DNA from: Candidatus Sungiibacteriota bacterium
Lineage (GTDB): Bacteria > Patescibacteriota > Minisyncoccia > Sungbacterales > JACQCQ01
Direction: 5' to 3'
Assembly (NCBI GenBank): GCA_016201505.1
Contig: JACQCQ010000002.1
Coordinates: 144,903-208,902 of the forward strand
DNA length: 64,000 nucleotides
The notes beneath the pieces are model-generated. The model did not search any database and was not told where the DNA came from. It saw nothing but the letters and a program-made list of their open reading frames with translations. Each line of letters starts with the position of its first letter. Within the stretch, counting starts at the first letter, position 1. The position numbers and the translations under genes are program-made. This document shows positions 60,642 through 64,000 of this stretch, piece after piece.

Positions 60642-63600
60642 TAAATTAATTCGACTTCGAGAAGCCGCAAAAATTTCTGGAATTCACCAGGACTATTTAC
60701 GAGTTCTCATTAATCGAAAAAACTTAAGAGCAAAAAAAATCGGCCGAGATTGGTTTATTACGGCCCAAGATTTAACCGATTACCTCAAACAATCAAAAAA
60801 ACGATCAAATGGTATTCAGCTGCAAAAGGCTGAAAAAGTTAGCGTCACCCTTAAGCCAAGCCATAACCTAAAAATAAGGCGAAAATTATACCAGCCAGAG
60901 GCTACGCTTGTTCGCACGATACACGAGAACATTTTTTCAAACTTCAATCAGGCAAGGAATTATGAAAAAATAACTTCAGCAGAAAAAAGATACGATCTTT
61001 ACTTAAATCAGCCTAAATCTCGATACGTATCAAACTACAAGCCAATTTTTATATCAATTTCCGCGATTGTATTGGCTTTGGGGGGCTATTTTGCGGCATT
61101 GAATTTTGGCAGTGAGCTGATGCGGGCGGCTAATGAGTCAGGTATCAGGATCCGCAATTTAGCGAACTACCTAACACCGGAGATTACGCCGGCTCCAATT
61201 GGCCAAACGCGCTCACATGCCTATACCTCAATTCAGGAAGGTTCAAATGCGGACCTCGGCCGCGTGTTGCGTGGATTTAGTGAGCTTGGTGCGGGACAGG
61301 CAACTTCCGGATTCTCTAATTTAATTCAAATCGCAAGCCGCACGCCGTATGAGATATACCGGGGTATTCAAAACGGGATTTCCGGCGTGTCGGTAAGCCC
61401 GCAAGCATCCAACCAGCTCTCCGGGATTTTTAAAAGCATCCAGCCCTTCTTCTCCAATCTGCTGATTGGCTCAAATCTCCGCGAGACGGTAACAATTCCG
61501 TCTGATCTCGGCCTGATTCTTCCGCCCCAAGTCGCTTCAACGCCGACAACAACAAAAGTGTCAGTTCCTACCGGCGCATCTTCCGGCACCCAGATTGTCG
61601 CAAAACAAACAATCATCCAAAAGATCGTACCGGCCGACACCGCAAAAATTAAAGCGGAACTTTTAGCCTATATCAGCTCGCAAACGGCTGACTTTAAGAA
61701 CCAGCTTTTTAATCTCTCAAATAAAATCATCAGCCTCCAGGGAAATCTTGACAATACCACTCACGTCGCCGGGTCAACCTATCAAATGGTGAACTTAACG
61801 CAGCGAATAAATCAGCTCGACAGTTTGACAGTTACTGGCGGACTTTCGGTAACTTCCGGAAACCTTTCTGTCGCGGGAGGAATTTCTGCAGCAACCGCAT
61901 CATTTTCAAATTTGAGCGTTTCAAATTTAACCGTAACAAACTGCACCGGCTGCGGCGGCGGTTCCGGATCGCAAACTCCCTGGATTTCCAGCATCGAGGG
62001 CGCGGGATTTAATTTGGCCGACGTTGGCACGTTAACTGTTACGGTAATTAACGCGACCTCAACCTCCGCAACTTCAACATTTTCTACCGGCGGACTTGCC
62101 ATTGGCACCAGTCAATTTGTCATTCAGCAAACTTCAGGCCGCGTGGGCATCGGCACAACCTCGCCAGTTCAATTATTTTCTGTTGTCGGATCAGGATACT
62201 TGACCGGCGGACTCGGGGTTGGTGTCGCTACATCATCAGCCGGCGTCATCGAAACGACCGGTCAAATTCTGGTTGGCGGCCAATTAATTGTGCAAGGTGC
62301 CGCGACGTCAACCTTCACCGGCAACGGCATTAACGTGACGACAGGATGCGTCGCCATAAGCGGGACCTGTCTCGGATCAGGATCTGGCACCATTAATGCG
62401 GGAACAACAAATCGACTGGCGTACTATTCGGGCGCCTCCACCATCAGCTCGGCTAATTTTTTGGCTGTCGACGCGACAAATAATCTCTTCGGCATCGGTA
62501 CCTCTTCTCCCGCATCAGTTTTTTCACTGGCGTCAAACGGCCGCGTGGCTTCATCCACCCTGCCCAATGCTTCTTCAACCTCAATTTTTCTTTCTGGCGT
62601 AAACCTCCAATACGGCTCCTCATCCACCACCACCATTCCGAATTCATTGGTCAATGGCTGGAGTATTGCAACGTCATCCGATGTGGGGAGTTCACCCTTC
62701 CTCTCAATTGACACTTCGAACAATAGGATTGGTGCTTTCACCGTGGCACCGCAGACAGCTCTCGATATCAACGGGGGACTGCAAGCTCGGGGAGCATCAT
62801 CTACGATAGTCAACCTCTCAATCTGGAACGCCACGACGACCCTCTTGCTGGGGACTGGGGCAACGTCTACAATCTCGAACCTCTCCATCTGGAATGCCAC
62901 GACGACCCAACTGATTATTCCCGCATACTATGCCAGTGGCGCGGGGGGGACATTCGGCCACGGCACCTCGACTCCCGGATTCTTTGAGTCTTTTGCCTTA
63001 AATGGCGCCGCATCCTCAACACTGCCGAACGCCTCGTCAAGCTCGTTTTTCTTTTCGGGAATTAATCTGACCTATGGCTCCTCGTCAACCACGACGATTC
63101 CGGCGAACGTAAACGGCTTCTCGATCGCGACATCCTCTCAACTCGGCAGTTCGCCCCTTCTTTCGCTTAATGGATCAAGCGGAAATATCGGTGTCGGCTC
63201 AAGCTCGCCGGCGCAAACTTTCTCGGTCGCCGGCAACGCTTATGTCACCGGCGGATTCGGTATCGGCGCGACCAGAACTTCAAACGGACTTACGATTTCA
63301 TCCATCGCGAGCTGTACCGGCGGTCAAGCCCTGCAAACCGACAGTTTAGGATCAGTTTCCTGCGGAGCAGTTTCAAGCGGAGGCGCCTCGACAGGCGGCG
63401 GTTGGAGTTCAAGTGTTCCCAACCAAGCCGTAACGCTTGCTACCACAACTTTCTCGGTCGGTATTGGCGCAACTACGACGCCGTACGGAAAACTGACTGT
63501 GCTTTCGGGTGATGCCGCAACGACGACCTTGGTGCTTTATCCGGCCGCGTCTCAAACCGCCAATATCATTGATATCTACGACACTTCCGGCGCTCTATCC

Positions 63601-64000
63601 TCGGTATTAAATTCAAGCGGCAATCTGGGCCTTGCGAGCACAAGTCCCGCAACTAAACTTTCCGTCAACGGCTCGGGTTATTTTACCGGCGGCCTGGGAG
63701 TCGGAACACTGAATACTACCGCGGGCACAATTTCAGTGACTGGTCTGGCTACACTTTCGGGCGGAGTTCTCTCCAATGCGGCGTCCTCTACTATTTCCAA
63801 TCTCTCGATCTGGAACGCCACGACCACAAACCTCTTCATCCCCGCATTTAAGAATGGGCTGTCGTATCTGGCACTCGGCACCTCGACCCCAGCGGCCTAT
63901 GTTGCCTTTGCCTTAAATGGCGCGGTCGCCTCAAGCACCTTCCCGCAAGCCTCATCCACATCCATTTATCTTTCCGGCATCAATCTGACCTATGGCTCGT
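60634..64000 (+). CDS. giant repetitive Ser/Thr/Gly-rich putative cell-surface protein with N-terminal excisionase-type HTH and a single TM (partial; runs off the window end; absent from the supplied ORF track)
   Basis: Frame verified codon by codon from ATG 60634 to 63999 with no stop. N-terminus IRLREAAKISGIHQDYLRVLINRKNLRAKKIGRDWFITAQDLTDYL (HTH_17-like). TM YKPIFISISAIVLALGGYFAALNF. Then long degenerate repeats with recurring blocks (GIGTTSP..LxV.G.GY.TGGLGVG; NLSIWNATTT; LPNASSTSIFLSGVNLxYGSSSTTTIP). Confidence 0.6.
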   Translation, partial: MELKLIRLREAAKISGIHQDYLRVLINRKNLRAKKIGRDWFITAQDLTDYLKQSKKRSNGIQLQKAEKVSVTLKPSHNLKIRRKLYQPEATLVRTIHENIFSNFNQARNYEKITSAEKRYDLYLNQPKSRYVSNYKPIFISISAIVLALGGYFAALNFGSELMRAANESGIRIRNLANYLTPEITPAPIGQTRSHAYTSIQEGSNADLGRVLRGFSELGAGQATSGFSNLIQIASRTPYEIYRGIQNGISGVSVSPQASNQLSGIFKSIQPFFSNLLIGSNLRETVTIPSDLGLILPPQVASTPTTTKVSVPTGASSGTQIVAKQTIIQKIVPADTAKIKAELLAYISSQTADFKNQLFNLSNKIISLQGNLDNTTHVAGSTYQMVNLTQRINQLDSLTVTGGLSVTSGNLSVAGGISAATASFSNLSVSNLTVTNCTGCGGGSGSQTPWISSIEGAGFNLADVGTLTVTVINATSTSATSTFSTGGLAIGTSQFVIQQTSGRVGIGTTSPVQLFSVVGSGYLTGGLGVGVATSSAGVIETTGQILVGGQLIVQGAATSTFTGNGINVTTGCVAISGTCLGSGSGTINAGTTNRLAYYSGASTISSANFLAVDATNNLFGIGTSSPASVFSLASNGRVASSTLPNASSTSIFLSGVNLQYGSSSTTTIPNSLVNGWSIATSSDVGSSPFLSIDTSNNRIGAFTVAPQTALDINGGLQARGASSTIVNLSIWNATTTLLLGTGATSTISNLSIWNATTTQLIIPAYYASGAGGTFGHGTSTPGFFESFALNGAASSTLPNASSSSFFFSGINLTYGSSSTTTIPANVNGFSIATSSQLGSSPLLSLNGSSGNIGVGSSSPAQTFSVAGNAYVTGGFGIGATRTSNGLTISSIASCTGGQALQTDSLGSVSCGAVSSGGASTGGGWSSSVPNQAVTLATTTFSVGIGATTTPYGKLTVLSGDAATTTLVLYPAASQTANIIDIYDTSGALSSVLNSSGNLGLASTSPATKLSVNGSGYFTGGLGVGTLNTTAGTISVTGLATLSGGVLSNAASSTISNLSIWNATTTNLFIPAFKNGLSYLALGTSTPAAYVAFALNGAVASSTFPQASSTSIYLSGINLTYGS

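Noticed and set aside
62400-64000. DNA-level repeats that might be a CRISPR array or satellite
   Set aside because: The repeats are long, degenerate, in-frame coding repeats of the giant surface-protein gene. There is no short regular repeat-spacer periodicity anywhere in the window.

Overview
This 64-kb window is a gene-dense bacterial core region that uses the standard genetic code: TGA, TAA and TAG all terminate genes, for example TGA at 16869-16871. It has about 50% GC, mostly weak or absent Shine-Dalgarno sequences, and several GTG starts. The organism is probably a small-genome uncultivated bacterium, possibly CPR/Patescibacteria-like. That is inference, based on an archaeal-type cupin glucose-6-phosphate isomerase, a free-standing four-helix-bundle protein of the kind found in 23S rRNA intervening sequences, and a giant Ser/Thr/Gly-rich surface protein.

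Recognisable content, in order:
- Sugar metabolism: a pfkB sugar kinase, class II aldolase and 2-hydroxyacid dehydrogenase.
- Translation: rplY (L25), prfA (RF1 with PAT and GGQ motifs, no frameshift), rpmE, and the rpsB-tsf operon.
- tRNAs: tRNA-Thr(TGT), tRNA-Tyr(GTA), tRNA-Glu(CTC) and tRNA-Leu(CAG).
- Cell-division (dcw) cluster: mraZ, rsmH, an ftsL-like gene, ftsI and murF.
- A secreted S53/S8-like peptidase, a DedA-family protein, a 3-methyladenine DNA glycosylase, trpS, RNase J, a cupin-type PGI, a solo family-5 substrate-binding protein and secG.
- uvrC and uvrA arranged divergently, then a HIT protein.
- groES-groEL preceded by a sigma70-like promoter plus a CIRCE operator, then a LemA protein.
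- rpoB and rpoC, ftsK, a RodZ-like protein and recA.
- The rpsF-ssb-rpsR operon, ychF, a phosphohexomutase, rmuC, rplU, recR, dnaB and cysS.
- An hrcA-grpE-dnaK-[membrane protein]-dnaJ operon with a second CIRCE.
- A PaaX-like regulator with a wHTH and a Cas2-like domain, an AT-rich spacer, and the 5' 1122 codons of a giant repetitive surface-protein gene (HTH, one TM, then long repeats). This gene runs off the window end, which is why it is missing from the ORF track.

The most interesting unexplained signals are:
1. A family of roughly 80-95-nt, highly self-complementary elements built from GACTACAG/CTGTAGTC and GTCTAC/GTAGAC words. They lie immediately 5' of the start codons of groES, groEL, recA and dnaK, and the recA and groEL copies are nearly identical.
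2. A 36-38-bp palindrome with a perfectly conserved CGATAGACTAGTCTATCG core. It occurs three times, 26-67 bp upstream of gene starts; one copy abuts the hrcA CIRCE.
3. A family of short elements bracketed by ATCCCGTTAGA...TCTAACGGGAT inverted repeats. Two exactly fill the intercistronic spaces of ribosomal-protein operons (rpsB-tsf and rpsF-ssb, the latter in tandem), and the same bracket encloses tRNA-Leu.
4. An IVS-like cassette: a four-helix-bundle protein gene bracketed by 16-bp perfect inverted repeats and inserted between two glycolytic genes.
5. The terminal locus: PaaX/Cas2-like regulator, repeated GATACGTATC(AA) palindromic motifs, and the giant HTH-TM-repeat protein. This is a candidate contact- or surface-linked regulatory system.
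6. A cluster of same-orientation DnaA boxes next to a tRNA terminator and upstream of mraZ.

No CRISPR array, transposase or integrase was seen.
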